The notes beneath the pieces are model-generated. The model made no database searches, had not been told where the DNA came from, and saw nothing but the letters and a program-made list of their open reading frames with translations. The position numbers were made by a program, and so were the translations under genes. A stretch of 64,000 bases of DNA from positions 113,336,001 to 113,400,000 of the forward strand of contig OZ024741.1 in the NCBI GenBank assembly GCA_964016885.1, given 5' to 3'. Origin of the DNA: Eledone cirrhosa (Eukaryota). This document shows positions 13,436 to 26,903 of the stretch, piece by piece. Position 1 is the stretch's first letter. Each line of letters starts with the position of its first letter.

Positions 13436-14178
13436 CTATAAACAACCAAAAAGTTTACTTAAAAACACACATATCCATACATACACACAGACATACATTC
13501 ATATATACATACATTCATACATACATTCATACATACATACATACATACATACATGTGTGTGTGTATGTGTTCATTTATATATGTATTTTTGTATTCCTTT
13601 TCTGGTTTCAGTCATTAAATTGCAGCCATGCTGGGGCACACCTTGATTTAGACCATCATATTAACTTCAGTACATATTTCACCATCTGTTCTTTTGTCAA
13701 ACTGCTAGATCACATAATATAAACACAGACTGAGATGTAAGCATAAATGCAGACACATACACACAAACACACATAAAATGTATTGTTAAAGCCAGTAAAA
13801 TATCAATAAGAATTATAGTGGTGTAGTTAGAATACAGAAAAGTAAGAATAAGAAAACAAAACAATAGATTTTAACCTATACTTCATAATATTTTAAGTTA
13901 GAACCTCTCTATCAAATGAAAAAAATTCAGAGTGATTTGTTCTTATGACTTTTTCCATTTGATAAAGGAGTTTATACCTTGAAATATTGTGAAATACAGG
14001 GGAGGGGGGGGGGGGGGTCATTCTTACTTTACTTTACTCTTGTTCTACTATTTTATTTGTTATTCACATTGTACTGGCATTTCCAATGCATTTTTAATTA
14101 CAAATCTCACAATGCTTCATATATATATGACCTCAGCCGCATGGCCTCAGCCGGATGGCTGAAACAGGTAAAAGAGTA

Positions 14179-14241
<63 letters not shown>

Positions 14242-14282
14242 GCTCCCTAGTAATTGACGACAGCTTTTGCTATCTATGTGAT

Positions 14283-15490
14283 CAAATTAGTAGAGGAGAA
14301 GGATGCACTGAAAGTGTGATAGCTAGGATAAGAACAGGCTGGCAGAAGTTTAGGGATTTATTATTGCTGTTAACAACAAAATGCTTTTCTCTGAGAGTGA
14401 AGGGTGGACTGTATGATGCCTGACTACGAAGTGCAATGTTACATGGCAGTGAATATATATCAATGGCTGAGCTCATGCTAATTCAATGGCAAGTAGATAA
14501 CTGTTATCCACACGCCATTGAGCTCATGAACTCAGCCGTTGGATACTTACAATTTACAATACATACTTTCAAAAATATCAAGTACTTAGCTGAACATGAT
14601 CTTAGTATCCTAAACTAATAACTCCTGATCCATATGTATATATCCCTAACTCCGCTTTCTTACTGTCATATGCACCAAGAAGAATTTGTCTAAATTTGTT
14701 ACCTACTGAGGGTTCCCTTAGCTTCTATATCCAGATTGGCTTTTGTCTCTTGATCCACCTAACCCTTACTCTAAAGTCACAGATAACTAATCTATGTTGT
14801 GAGGTACATGGCAGTGAAATATAGGTCTTGACTGCAGAAGACCTGTGAAGGCTAGAAAGAAATGAATCATGTATGCTCCGATTGATGTGTAATGTTAGTG
14901 TGCATGAGTAACATAGCATAAGCAAACTGAGAGAAAAACATTTTATAAGAGAAATTGGATGTAGTGGGAAGAGAAAAGAATGCATTAATATGGACATGTG
15001 ATATGCATGGAAGATAACAACTGCATAAGGAAATGCAGAGAAACCCCTGTGGAAGTGGTAGGCCCAGGAACATATGGGATGATGTTATGAAGATTGACCT
15101 TAAAAAAACTAAACCTCACAATAGAAATGATTAGAGATCATGAGAGCTGGCTCTATGCGGTGTTGAAGAAGATCTGAACTGCAACATACAATGTGGTCCT
15201 CCCCCTTTCCCCCACTGCTCATTAACATCTGTCTTCAATCACCACACACACCCCATGCCCCTCCCCATACAGGTTTCTAGTTACTGCTTCCTTGTGAAGT
15301 GGTTGGTGATGAGAAGAGCATCCAGCTGTGGAGAGCATGTGAAGCAAAGGGTTAGGAGGACACTTAGTTGCATCAAGGCATGACAGCTTCCCTAGTATTT
15401 GGTGATCTACATAATAAACACATCCAGTACATACTGTAAAGTGGTTGGTGATAGGAAGGGCATCCAGCTATAGAAAGCTTGCCAACCAAA
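14283..15490 (+). mobile_element. Degraded RTE LINE interrupted by a 351-bp insertion (14454-14804)
   Basis: ARIRTGWQKFRDLL...AMLHGSE resumes at ~14805 (AEDL*RLERNE); TACATGGCAGTGAA duplicated at 14440-14453 and 14805-14818. Confidence 0.8.
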
Positions 15491-16175
15491 TGTTTGGGAG
15501 GACCCTCAGCTGTGTCAAAAACATGACAACATCCCCTGTGCACTTGGTGGAACAGACATAAGTGAGATGACAGATACCTGGCTTGTCTAGGAGATCAATA
15601 GTCATCACTTCAGTACAGACTTGGTCTATGTAGACCTGTCTAACCCTTGCTAGCAAGGAAAGCTGATATTAAAATGATGATGAGGTTGATGAGGATGATA
15701 TACAACAGGAGCCTTCAGTAATGTCAAAGACATTAAAACCTCTCTAATGTTGGTGCCATGATAAAATAAACTTGGGAAAACGTGAAAATCTATGTGAGAC
15801 AGGAGCCTTAGGCCTTTCTGTGAAGTCAGTAGGCCCTCTTCAGTACTCACACTATTTGTGAAGACCCATTCAACTTTGCTAGCGGGGACAGTAGACATTA
15901 AATGATGATGATAATAACAGGTTTCTGCAGTTTCTTTCTACTAAATTTCACTCACATGGCATTCCTCTAGCCACAGCTATAATAGAAAACAATTGCCCTA
16001 GGTGTCGCATTACAGGACTGAACTCAAAACAATATGGTTACAAAGTGATCTCCTTAACCACACTATTATACTTGTTGTATATAACTCATTTATAAATATA
16101 TACACATATATGTATTTTTTATCATATAAATATATCTATATCTCTCTCTTTCTCTCTATCCCCTCTCACTTTGTA

Positions 16176-16216
<41 letters not shown>

Positions 16217-16409
16217 ATACTTGGGGAGGGTCATATTTGTGTAATAATATTGCCAGAATTAATAACAGAACACACTCACTGTTTGGTTGGTTTTCGCTTC
16301 TGTATCTTTTATATCAGCTAATTTATTCAGTCCTCAATGTTTAGCATTGACTGACCAACGGTCATCAATACAGATATAATATAGACAAAAACTCATATAT
16401 ATAGTCTAA

Positions 16410-16450
16410 CAAAGTTCTTTCGTTGCACATCTGCAACATCGTCAGTGGTG
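16410..16450 (-). ncRNA. Minimal hammerhead ribozyme core, Penelope-like
   Basis: Minus strand CTGACGA-T-GTTGCA-GATG-TGCAAC-GAAA-GAACTTT; perfect 6-bp stem II, weak stem I. Confidence 0.5.
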
Positions 16451-16555
16451 CTATTATGTTTCCTCCTGTTGTATTGTATGTCTACGCCAAGTATATCAAT
16501 ATTTGTTTCGACACATGATTTCATATCAAAAACCTCGCAAAACTAATATATATAG

Positions 16556-16880
16556 AGAGGCACATGGCTTATCTTGCAACTGAAAGGTTGTGAGTTCAAT
16601 TCTCAGACCGGGTGATGTGTTGTTTCCTTGAGCAAGACAGTTTATTTCACATTGCTCCAGTTTACTCAACTGTAGAAATGAGATGATAGGACTGGGGTCC
16701 ATATCATTCCACTGCAAAGTGGTCGTGGTGGTGCCACAGCAAAAAAGCACCCAGCACTCACTGTAAATGAGGTTGGTGTTAGGAAGGGCATCCAGCTGTA
16801 GAAATCAAGCCAGAATCAGTTCCCGTCCCACCCTTGCAAGCAGGGAAAAGCAGACATAAAATGATGATGATGATGATGAT
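16556..16880 (+). mobile_element. Family-B SINE (small deletion in head)
   Basis: Reverse complement of 3283-3622; (GAT)n tail. Confidence 0.88.
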
Positions 16881-16882
16881 AT

Positions 16883-16916
<34 letters not shown>

Positions 16917-18180
16917 ACACATACATACGTGTGTGTAAACAATTTTCGGGTTATCTTAGTTCTTATAGGGAAATAAAAGTTATATATGAATGAATTGGGA
17001 TATTTTCATAAAGCATTGCTGAAGTAAACATTCTAAGATTCTATTCAACTGAATGCACTTCTTGACATGCAGCCACTCATCCCTGAACTAAAAGTAATAT
17101 TTATTTTTTCCACCTGACTTAATAAGTCAAACAGAGTGATATGACTTGTCTAGCAGCTCTCTATAATGAATCTAGCGAGGGTTGAACTCCTGACATTATG
17201 TCCACTCGTTCAGCACAATATCTTAACCTGAAGGCTTATTGGCTTACATGTACAAACACAGGCTTGCATTTATTCACACACACAGACACAGACACACACA
17301 CACACACACGCACAAGCACATCAAATTTAACACAAATATGTTTATATATATACTATTGCAAGCATAGAAAATAGATGTCAAATAGTAATGATGATGGTGA
17401 GTGTGTATGTTTAAAACAATGATGTTGATGATGCACGCATACATATAAGTGTCATCATATTCATCATCCTTGCTTTAACACCTATTTTTCCTTGCTTGTA
17501 GGTTAGCCGAGTCCCCCCCCCCCCCTCCTTATTTCTTTTCTTTTCATCTCCTTTGTGAGGTTTAGTTTCTTGAAATCAGTTTCCCCATCTCTGCTCCCAT
17601 TGTTCCTGGCCACACTCTATCATGGCTTCCTTCCAATTGGAGCACTTCAACCTCTTTCAACCTTTCCTTTCATCTTTCCAGGGTTGATAAAATAAGATAC
17701 CAGTCAAGTACTGGAGTTCAATGTATTATTATTTAATCCCTCGAAATTCTTGAATATTTTCAAAATTATTTGAAAACCATAGACATAACTTTTACCAGAA
17801 ATATAGCCACACAAGTGTAAATAATGAGAAAGATAATTATATAATTAAATTCCTCCAAATTCTTGATTTATATCAAAACAGTGTCGAAACATCTTTCATT
17901 GGAAATATTGGTAATGAAAGGGTTAAACAAGAAGTAGTTGGTTGACACAGTTCCTGTCGATCTTTGTGATTTTTATTGAATCTAGTTTCCAGATTTCTGA
18001 ATGGTAAGGTTTTCCTCTCTGGAGAGGTTTTGAAATAAAAATTCATTGAACTGTTTAATATCTCTAGAACATCTAGTGTCATAACCATATCTGTGTTAAT
18101 TTTACTGCTTAAAAAAAGATGTAACAATACAATGGTGAATAATCTTTCTGTTTGGTTATTTTCAATATGAACCCACTTAC

Positions 18181-18260
18181 CTCCCCTTAACATCTCTCCA
18201 CTTATAAATAACTGGTTTCATGCTTTTTGTAAGAAATTGATATTTTTCCTGTCTGTTACA
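18181..18260 (-). CDS. Putative 80-nt internal exon, unknown protein
   Basis: tttcattttag acceptor and consensus AG|GTAAGT donor; single open frame CNRQEKYQFLTKSMKPVIYKWRDVKG; frame continues after a 73-76-nt intron (SKINTDMVMTLDVLEIL..., from 18107). Confidence 0.4.
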
Positions 18261-18403
18261 CTAAAATGAAACTCAATATTATTGCTGTTGTTATTGTGAT
18301 TGTTGTTGTTAGTGCTGTTTTTATTGTTGCCGCTGCTACCAGCGTCAATGATGACAATGCATCATTTTCATCACTGTCATCATCACTGCCACCACCACCA
18401 TCG

Positions 18404-18434
<31 letters not shown>

Positions 18435-19772
18435 TGCAAACACCACCATATCCTTATTCATCATCATCTTCATCATAATTATCATCACCATTTTACTTGT
18501 TAGAAATAATTTTTTTATGATGGGATGTAGTCTCAAAGGAACAATAACTCCTTTGTGATATTTCCTTTCTTTTTATTTATTTGTTTGTGAATATCCAAAC
18601 ATTTAAAGGAACAACAACAACAATAATAACAGAGACAGCATCAACCAGAACCAAAGGAACAAGAAAAAATATATATAAGGAAATGTGTTTGTGGATATGA
18701 TTCTGCTATTTGATTAACCAGGAAACTTTTAAAACTCTAATCCTTTGTATGGCATGCTGATGTTACAATATAAATGTTATACTATTATTGTATATAAATG
18801 TTATAAATGTTATATATATATATATTGTGTTAACTTTGACTGTTGGCCAAATTTTCTTTCTATTATATCTATCTCTCCTTAACTAAAGGATGATGGCAGC
18901 ACTGCTGCTTTGTTACAATGATATAACATACAACAGCCAAAGTTATGGTTGACTTGTTAGAAATTTTGTTGAATATATATGTGTGTGTGCGTTTATATAT
19001 ATATAAATATACACATACATACATATTTCTATCTAATTTCCTTTGTCGCCTTCCCTTTCTTCTCCACACTCATATATATATGTGTCTGTGTGTTACAAAG
19101 GAAACATTATGTCGTTTAGAAGTACAAATTACATTTAGAAAACAAAACTTTAACAAAATGGGTGTTTTGTGAAGTTATGGTGTTTTTAGTTCTTTTTTAT
19201 TATCTTTTGATTTGTCATAAATGTCCATCCATTTTCCAATCAACTAATCGATAAAAATGTTTTGTAAAAGACATTTCATTACAGCAAAGAAAAAATTGCA
19301 AAATATAGTTGTCTTCAAACAATCTGAGATATATCATTTCTTGATGTTATATACATTTTATAATACTCACATGGGTTGTCTGAGTCTACAAAGTTACATA
19401 TACATAGATATGTATATATATATATATATTTATAATGAAGAGAGCTAAAATTATGAAATTACATCCATTTTTTAATATTTATGCTCATTTCCAAAAAGGT
19501 GATATTGGTACATACATAGGTAAAAAACAAGTCAATCAGAGACAGTTCATTGGCAATTATTTACACTAAACACAATACATATAACACCCACATATCATCA
19601 GGAATTATTAAAAGGGGTTGGATTTAACGAAATACAAATTTCAAGAATATAAGTAGTATCAAATGTTGGACATAAGCAAGCACATAAAGAAGAATGCAAG
19701 CGAAACAGAGTAGAAGTACAAAGTTGTAAATGAGAATGTTTTTAATTTGAAGTAAAAGGCAGTACATCATAT

Positions 19773-20305
19773 TAATAATTGTTTCTACTTTTGGCACAAG
19801 GCCAGCAATTATCCCAGTGTATTACTGGTACTTTATTTTATCGACCCCGTAAGGATGAAAGGCAAAGTTAATCTCAACGGGATTTGAACTCAGTCCGTAA
19901 AGGGACATAACTGTGCTGCAAAGCATGGCGTCCGACCTTCTACCGATACTGCCAATCCACCATATTAATAATTGTTTCTACTTTAGGCACAAGGCCAGAA
20001 ATTACCCAGTGCATTACTGGTACTTTATTTTATCGACCCTGTAAGGATGAAAGGCAAAATGTTTCTACTTTTGGCACAAGGCCAGCAATTACCCCAGTAC
20101 ATTACTGATGCTTTATTTTATCAGCCCTGTAAGGATGAAAAGCAAAGTTAACCTTGGCGGGATTTAAACTCCGACTGTAAAGAGCCGTAATTCTATGCTG
20201 CAAAGCATGGCATACGCTCCTCTACCAATTCTGGTGGGATTTGAACTCAGAACATAAAGGGCTATAACTCTATGCTGCAAAGCATGGTGTCTGAAGCTCT
20301 CTATA
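19773..20305 (-). mobile_element. Tandem cluster of family-A SINEs, inverted relative to 11575-12750
   Basis: Repeated TGTTTCTACTTT.GGCACAAGGCCAG...GGATGAAAGGCAAAG units. Confidence 0.85.
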
Positions 20306-21549
20306 ATAATAATAATATTATTATTTCTTGTAATTGTTAGCATTGATAGTAGTTAAATAATATACATAGAGAGAAGAGTGAAAAGCAGGAAGTGAAAATA
20401 GTTCAGTGGCTTCAATAGTAATTTATTTATTTATTCAATTTAAACGTCCGTATAGAGCTAGTAAGGCATAACAGACTAGGAGAAGTATCGAGTACTCCTT
20501 ACTTTTGGTCATCAAAAAGAGTTAGTTGGTCATCAAAAAGAGTTAGTGAGACAAGTAATACAAAAAAAAAACTATAAACAAAGGGAAAAAAATAAAATTA
20601 CAAGACCAATGGGAGGCAGTTATGCATTAGAAAACGAAAAAGAAAAGAGGAAACAAGGGAAGCTGTAAAACAGCTAGAATGTTCTGTTGTTGAATCTTTT
20701 TGTAGCTTCCATGTATCAAAGATTTTGTTTATATTTGGTAGAGCTGTAATCATATATTTAACTTCCAATCTTGGCCTCTCTCTCAGACTGATAGTTTCTA
20801 CATATTAGGTATTGCATTAATAGATATACAATATGTAGGAACATACTTATTTTTATTATTAGTCAGGTTCCTCATTCTTATATAAATGAGGATCAGAAGT
20901 TGAGGACATCATACTAATTGGCAATACCACGCATTCAAAGTTCCGATTTCTCATGGCAAATTCAAATTGGGAAGTGATGTTGTAAACTTAGAGGTGTTTC
21001 ACATCATAAAGTAGCCTGTTTAATTTATGCCCTGCATTATAGAGTGTAGTTGATGCTATGAACAATTTCCAGCTGTGGTTGATGCTAGGAACAACATCCA
21101 GCAGTAGATACTATGCCAAAGTCTAATCTCAGACTGTGTTGACCTGTCCAATCAATGCCAGCATGAAAAGTAAACATAAAATAAATATGGTGATGATGAT
21201 AATGATGTATGGGTATTAAATGTAGAGAACGTTCTCAGGTTAGAAAGAAACACTGCTAGTATGGAGGATATGTAATGTTAATGTGCTTAAATGAAGGAAT
21301 ACAGATTAGCTGAAGGAAACAATGACCATAAGGGAAGCAAATGTAGTGTGTAATAGAGAAGATTACACTGGTATAAACACATGATGCAAATGGATGATGA
21401 TCATTGGGAGAGGAAGTGGCAAGATCTCTAAGTGAAACATGGCTGCAGAAGAGGATGATCATGGAAAACTGGGGCACAGGTGGTGAGAGCTGATCTCAGA
21501 ACACTTAACAATAGAATCTTGTGCTACTCAAAGTATCAGATAAACTCCA

Positions 21550-21762
21550 ACAGGAAATGTGTATTGAATTAAATCAATACTGGGATAAATTTCTACAGAG
21601 GTTGAGTTTAAATTCTTCAGACTTATTTTAGCATGTTCTTAATTCCTGCATCCGTGGAGGAGTTAAAAACTTAAAACCATGCCAAAATACGTCTGAGCAA
21701 GTTAAACCCAACCTCAATAGAGACTTATACTAATATTGATTTAATTCAATACATATTTTCTA
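21550..21762. repeat. Foldback/MITE-like element with ~60-bp diverged inverted arms
   Basis: GTATTGAATTAAATCAATA...GAGGTTGAGTTTAA versus TTAAACCCAACCTC...TATTGATTTAATTCAATAC. Confidence 0.6.
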
Positions 21763-23284
21763 TTGGATGATATATACAAACAAAATCTGAAATAACATTA
21801 ATGCTTTGCCTGCAATATTTCTAATGAAATACACTGCCTAGGATTTTCAAAAAGAAATTGAATATAATCAAGAAATTGGAAGGATTTAGTAAAATAACTA
21901 ACTTTCTCATTATTAAGTTGGTGTTTTGAGCAGAATCTAACAAAAGTTCTAACATGAAATTATGATGGAAGATTTTTACATAAATATAAATACTTTAAAA
22001 TAAACAGCTTTGTATCATAGAACCATTCACAGTTTCAGGTGGTTTGGTATCAAAAGGGTTAAATATAAATATGCCTCCATATTTCTATTCAGATGAACAT
22101 GTCCTATAGATGTGTGTGCAGAACTATTTCCATGAATATTATTCAATTAGCTAGCTTTCTAGGGGAAAGAAACAAAAACAAAAATGAGATGTAGTTGAAA
22201 ATGAGGGAGTTTTCTTTTATTGGCTACACGTTTTTGATAATTAAATTAAAGATTTTCTTTAGGGCATTAAATCTTATGCAAAACTATGCTCTTGATCACT
22301 GTAGGTGATTGTTTTGTTTGTGTGTGTGTTTGTGTGTATATATGGCTTTCTTTCAATGTGAGTGTATGTGTTTCTATGTGCATTTGTATTGCTTGTCCAT
22401 TTGTGTGTCTAAGTGTGGATGCTTGTCTGCATGTTTCTGCTATTTTCTGTGTGTTTGAGTGTATGTGCTTATCTTTATGGAATGGACCTCCATCAGTTAC
22501 AACGATGAGTGCTCCAATTTTTTTTTAATCAATGAAACAACCTGCTCATGAAATTAACAGACAAGTCGCTGAGCATTCTGCAAACACATGTGCCATTCAC
22601 ATAATTTTTTTAGGGAAACAGCAAAGCATGTATGAGAAGGCTGGCCCTTTCAATTACATGTACAGTCTATCTAAAGGTCTTCCAAACAGTTACTGTCTAC
22701 CCAGTTTCACTCACAAGACTTGGATTAACCTAAGGCTGCAGTAAAATCACTTACCCAAGGTGCCATGTAGTGGGACTGAATTAGAAACAATATGGTTGGG
22801 CATCCAGCTGTAGAAAACCCGCCAGACAGTCCTATGCGAGCAAGACAACCACTCTTGCCTCAAGTGGGAAAACCCCCGTCCAAACCCATGCAAGCGTGGA
22901 ACAGGGACGTTAAACGATGATGATGATGATGATGATGGTTCTGAAGCAAAGTCTTTAACAGCACCTGGAATATGTATATATATATAGGTTAAGTATTTCT
23001 GTGGAAAAGGTAAAGGAAAGAAGAGTGCTCTATCTATAGTACAAAGCTATTTAATTATGTAATAAACAACACAATATAATTATTCCATTACCCAAGGTTT
23101 CTTGAAGTTAGACAATTCTAACAGAAACGTCTGGTATCGCTCATCAGAAGAATTCCTTGTGATGAATATCAGACGTTTCTGTTAGAGCACCAATCCTAAT
23201 ACCTATTAATATTAATATATTGTGTTGTTTATTACATAATATATCTATCAAATGAAGCAACCAAAGGAATAATGCGTTGTTCCT

Positions 23285-23336
<52 letters not shown>

Positions 23337-23373
23337 GAGAGAGAGAGATGATATATATATATATATATATATA

Positions 23374-24087
23374 CTAGCTAAACTACTCGTCCTTTGGACG
23401 GTTCAAGTAGCTTTCGATGTAGCTCATTAAACTAAACAAAGTAAATTTTAATACATAGAAGATTAACGTACTTTATGTAAACATGAACACCTTAGGCACT
23501 ATTCCAGCGAAATAATTAATATGTGAGCTCAGTGTCTTTTTTGACAACAGTAAAAGCGCATCATGAAATGGAGAAGTGAAGTGAATAATAGACACTATTA
23601 TGTACAAAGCATAATATTGTAAAAGTTATGACATCACTTAATGTATGAACATCAAGCTTGAAACGATAAATTATACAATGTCAAATCTATAACTTAACTT
23701 AGTAATCTGTTAGAAATTGCTGGTTGTGAAATATACAAAATGATATTGTTAGTCTCAAGGAAGCATACCTTTTGTTTCAAGTACAAAGAGTAAATTAAAA
23801 TCCGAATGAGCCGAATTACGAAAGATAACTCTTGTCTTACTTGAAGATAACTCTTGTCTTACTTAATCACGAAAATTCATACAAATAACCGAAAGTTTTT
23901 TAATGTCTCCAAAGGCCCTAATATCGATTTTTGAAAGCCTTTGTAGATCATGTACAGGTTGTGTGCAAGGAGAAGCTCTGTAAAAAATTTCAAAGAAATC
24001 GCATGAATGGTTTAGAATATATGAGCCCTCATTAAAAATTATCCACACATACACATACAGAAAACTTCGTCTTTATATACATACAGA
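23374..24087 (-). mobile_element. Non-autonomous Helitron
   Basis: Minus strand begins TCTGTATGTATATAAAG and ends in hairpin CGTCCAAAGGACG then CTAG; inserted between A and T. Confidence 0.7.
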
Positions 24088-24309
24088 TATATATCTTGAT
24101 CGACTTTCGTCAAATCGGACTGAAGAAACAATGTTTCCGTTGGTCTTTCCAGTTGCTAGTACTATCTATCGGTTGCAACTCCAGGTAGAAGGATCAATGT
24201 GAAATAAAGTGTCTTGCTCAAGGACATAACACATCACATGGTTCAGGAATCGAACTCACAACCTCAAGATTCTGAATCCAATTCTATGACCACTCAGCCA
24301 CACGCCTTC

Positions 24310-24421
24310 ACTATATATAAATATATATATATATATATGTGAGTGTGTGTGTGTATATATATATATAAATAAATAATATATATATGGATACATAAATAAA
24401 TAGATATATATGTATATATAA

Positions 24422-24474
<53 letters not shown>

Positions 24475-24722
24475 AATAAATATATATATATATATATATA
24501 AATTATATATGTGTGTGTATATATATATAAATAAATAATATATATGGATACATAAATAAATAAATATATATGTATATATAAATAAAGAAATATATATATA
24601 TATATATATATAAATTATATATGTGTGTGTATATATATAAATAAATATATATATATAAATTATATATGTGTGTGTGTATGTATATATATATATAAATAAA
24701 TAATATATATATGGATACATAA

Positions 24723-24772
<50 letters not shown>

Positions 24773-24908
24773 ATGTATATATATATATAAATAAATAAAT
24801 ATATATGTATATATAAATAAATAAATAAATATATATATGGATACATAAATAAATAAATATATATGTATATATAAATAAATAAATAAATATATATATATAT
24901 ATAAATTA

Positions 24909-24955
<47 letters not shown>

Positions 24956-25136
24956 TATATATGGATACATAAATAAATATATATGTATATATAAATAAAT
25001 AAATATATATATATAAATTATATATGTGTGTGTATATATATATATATATAAATAAATAATATATATGGATACATAAATAAATAAATATATATGTATATAT
25101 AAATAAATAAATAAATATATATATATATATAAATTA

Positions 25137-25177
<41 letters not shown>

Positions 25178-25224
25178 TATATATGGATACATAAATAAAT
25201 ATATATGTATATATAAATAAATAA

Positions 25225-25310
<86 letters not shown>
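24310..25310. repeat. Higher-order TA-rich minisatellite
   Basis: GGATACAT marker recurs 7 times at ~105-165-bp spacing within (TA)n/(TAAA)n. Confidence 0.85.
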
Positions 25311-25313
<3 letters not shown>

Positions 25314-26903
25314 CGTGTGAATATATAATACATTAGAAGCAGTTGAAAATTAAGTTGTTTTCTTTTATTTGCTTCATGTTTCTGATAATTAAGTTGAAGA
25401 TAGAGGATTTCTTTAAGGCTTTAAATCTTATAGAAAGCTATGCTCTCAATTTCTTTAGGTATTCAATATCATCATATTAACAGCAACAGCCAATTATTAT
25501 TTATAATGCTGCTATAAATTGTTTAAGTTAGCTTTTGCTGTTGTTGTTGATACCACTAATGCTGATGTTGCTGTTGTTACTTATATCAGTTTGAAAGACT
25601 TTAGAACTTCTATTAGCATAATCTGATGTATTCATGTAATTCATATATTTTTCTACATATACCTTCATATATATTTCTACATGTGCTTCTTTCTAAGTGT
25701 GTTTGTGTCTGCTTGTCTCTGTGTATGAGCTAATGTGTATGAGTGTGTGTCTAGGATCTTCTTTCTATGTGTTGTGTGTATGAGCCTGTTTCTGTCGGTG
25801 TATGTAGGTGTACAGGCTATTTCTATGTGTGTGAATGTGTGCATTTTTCTTTCTGTGTGTTTATGTGTGCATATCCATTTATGTGTATGGGCTTATTTCT
25901 GTGAATGTGTATATGTGCATATGGTCTTCTCTCTATGTTTGTGTGTATACTTCCTTCTATGCGCATTTGTGTACAATTGTCTATGTGTATGGCTTTGTTT
26001 CTGTGTGAGTGTGTGCTTATTTCTTTATGTGCTTAAGTGTGTGTGATTGTCTGTTTGTGATTGTTTCTGTGTCTTTATATCTACTTATCATGTGTGTGTG
26101 TGCCTGTGTGTAGTATTGCTGCATGCCATAATATCATGATAATGTATTCCATTTCTAGTATTACATAATCACCTTTATTAACTCACCTAACTATACTCCG
26201 TATAACCAATCAAGGTGCAGCTATGGCTGTGTAGTTAACAAGTTGGATTCACAACCATGTGGTTTCAGATTCAGTCCTAGTGTGTGGCACCACGAGAAAG
26301 TTTTTTTTACTATAGTCTCAGGTTGAAAATATGTTTTGCGAGTGAAATTTGGTAGGTCGAAACTGTGTGGAAGCCTATCATACGTTTGGTGGGCATGTAT
26401 GTCTGTGCCTGTCTTTGCTTTCATTTACTATTTTATTATGTCACATAACTAGAGGTTGGTGAATAAGTACCAGACTTGATCACATATGTACTACAATCAA
26501 TATGATTGATTAGAATCCCTTCAAGTTGGCACCCCAGCATAGTCACAGTAAGAACAGAAACCAATAAAAGAATAAAAGAAAACTTCTAGCATGATTACAT
26601 GTAAAAAATTGACCAAGTAGAAAATGCTTTGTAATATTTGTTCTGGCTCTCTATGACCTGAGTTCAAATGCTTTCAAGGTTAACTTTACCTTTCAGGTGT
26701 TTGGTCAAGTGCTTTCTTCTATGACCTCGGGTTAACCAATGCCTTGTGAGTGAAATTTGATAGATGGAAACTGCAGAAGCAATTTTGGGGGAAGGGAAAG
26801 TTGATTATATCAACTTGACAGGTACTTTATTTTATTGACCTCAGAAGGTGAAAAGCAAAATTCGCTTTAGTAGAATTTGTAACTATATACCACAAAGCAT
26901 GTA

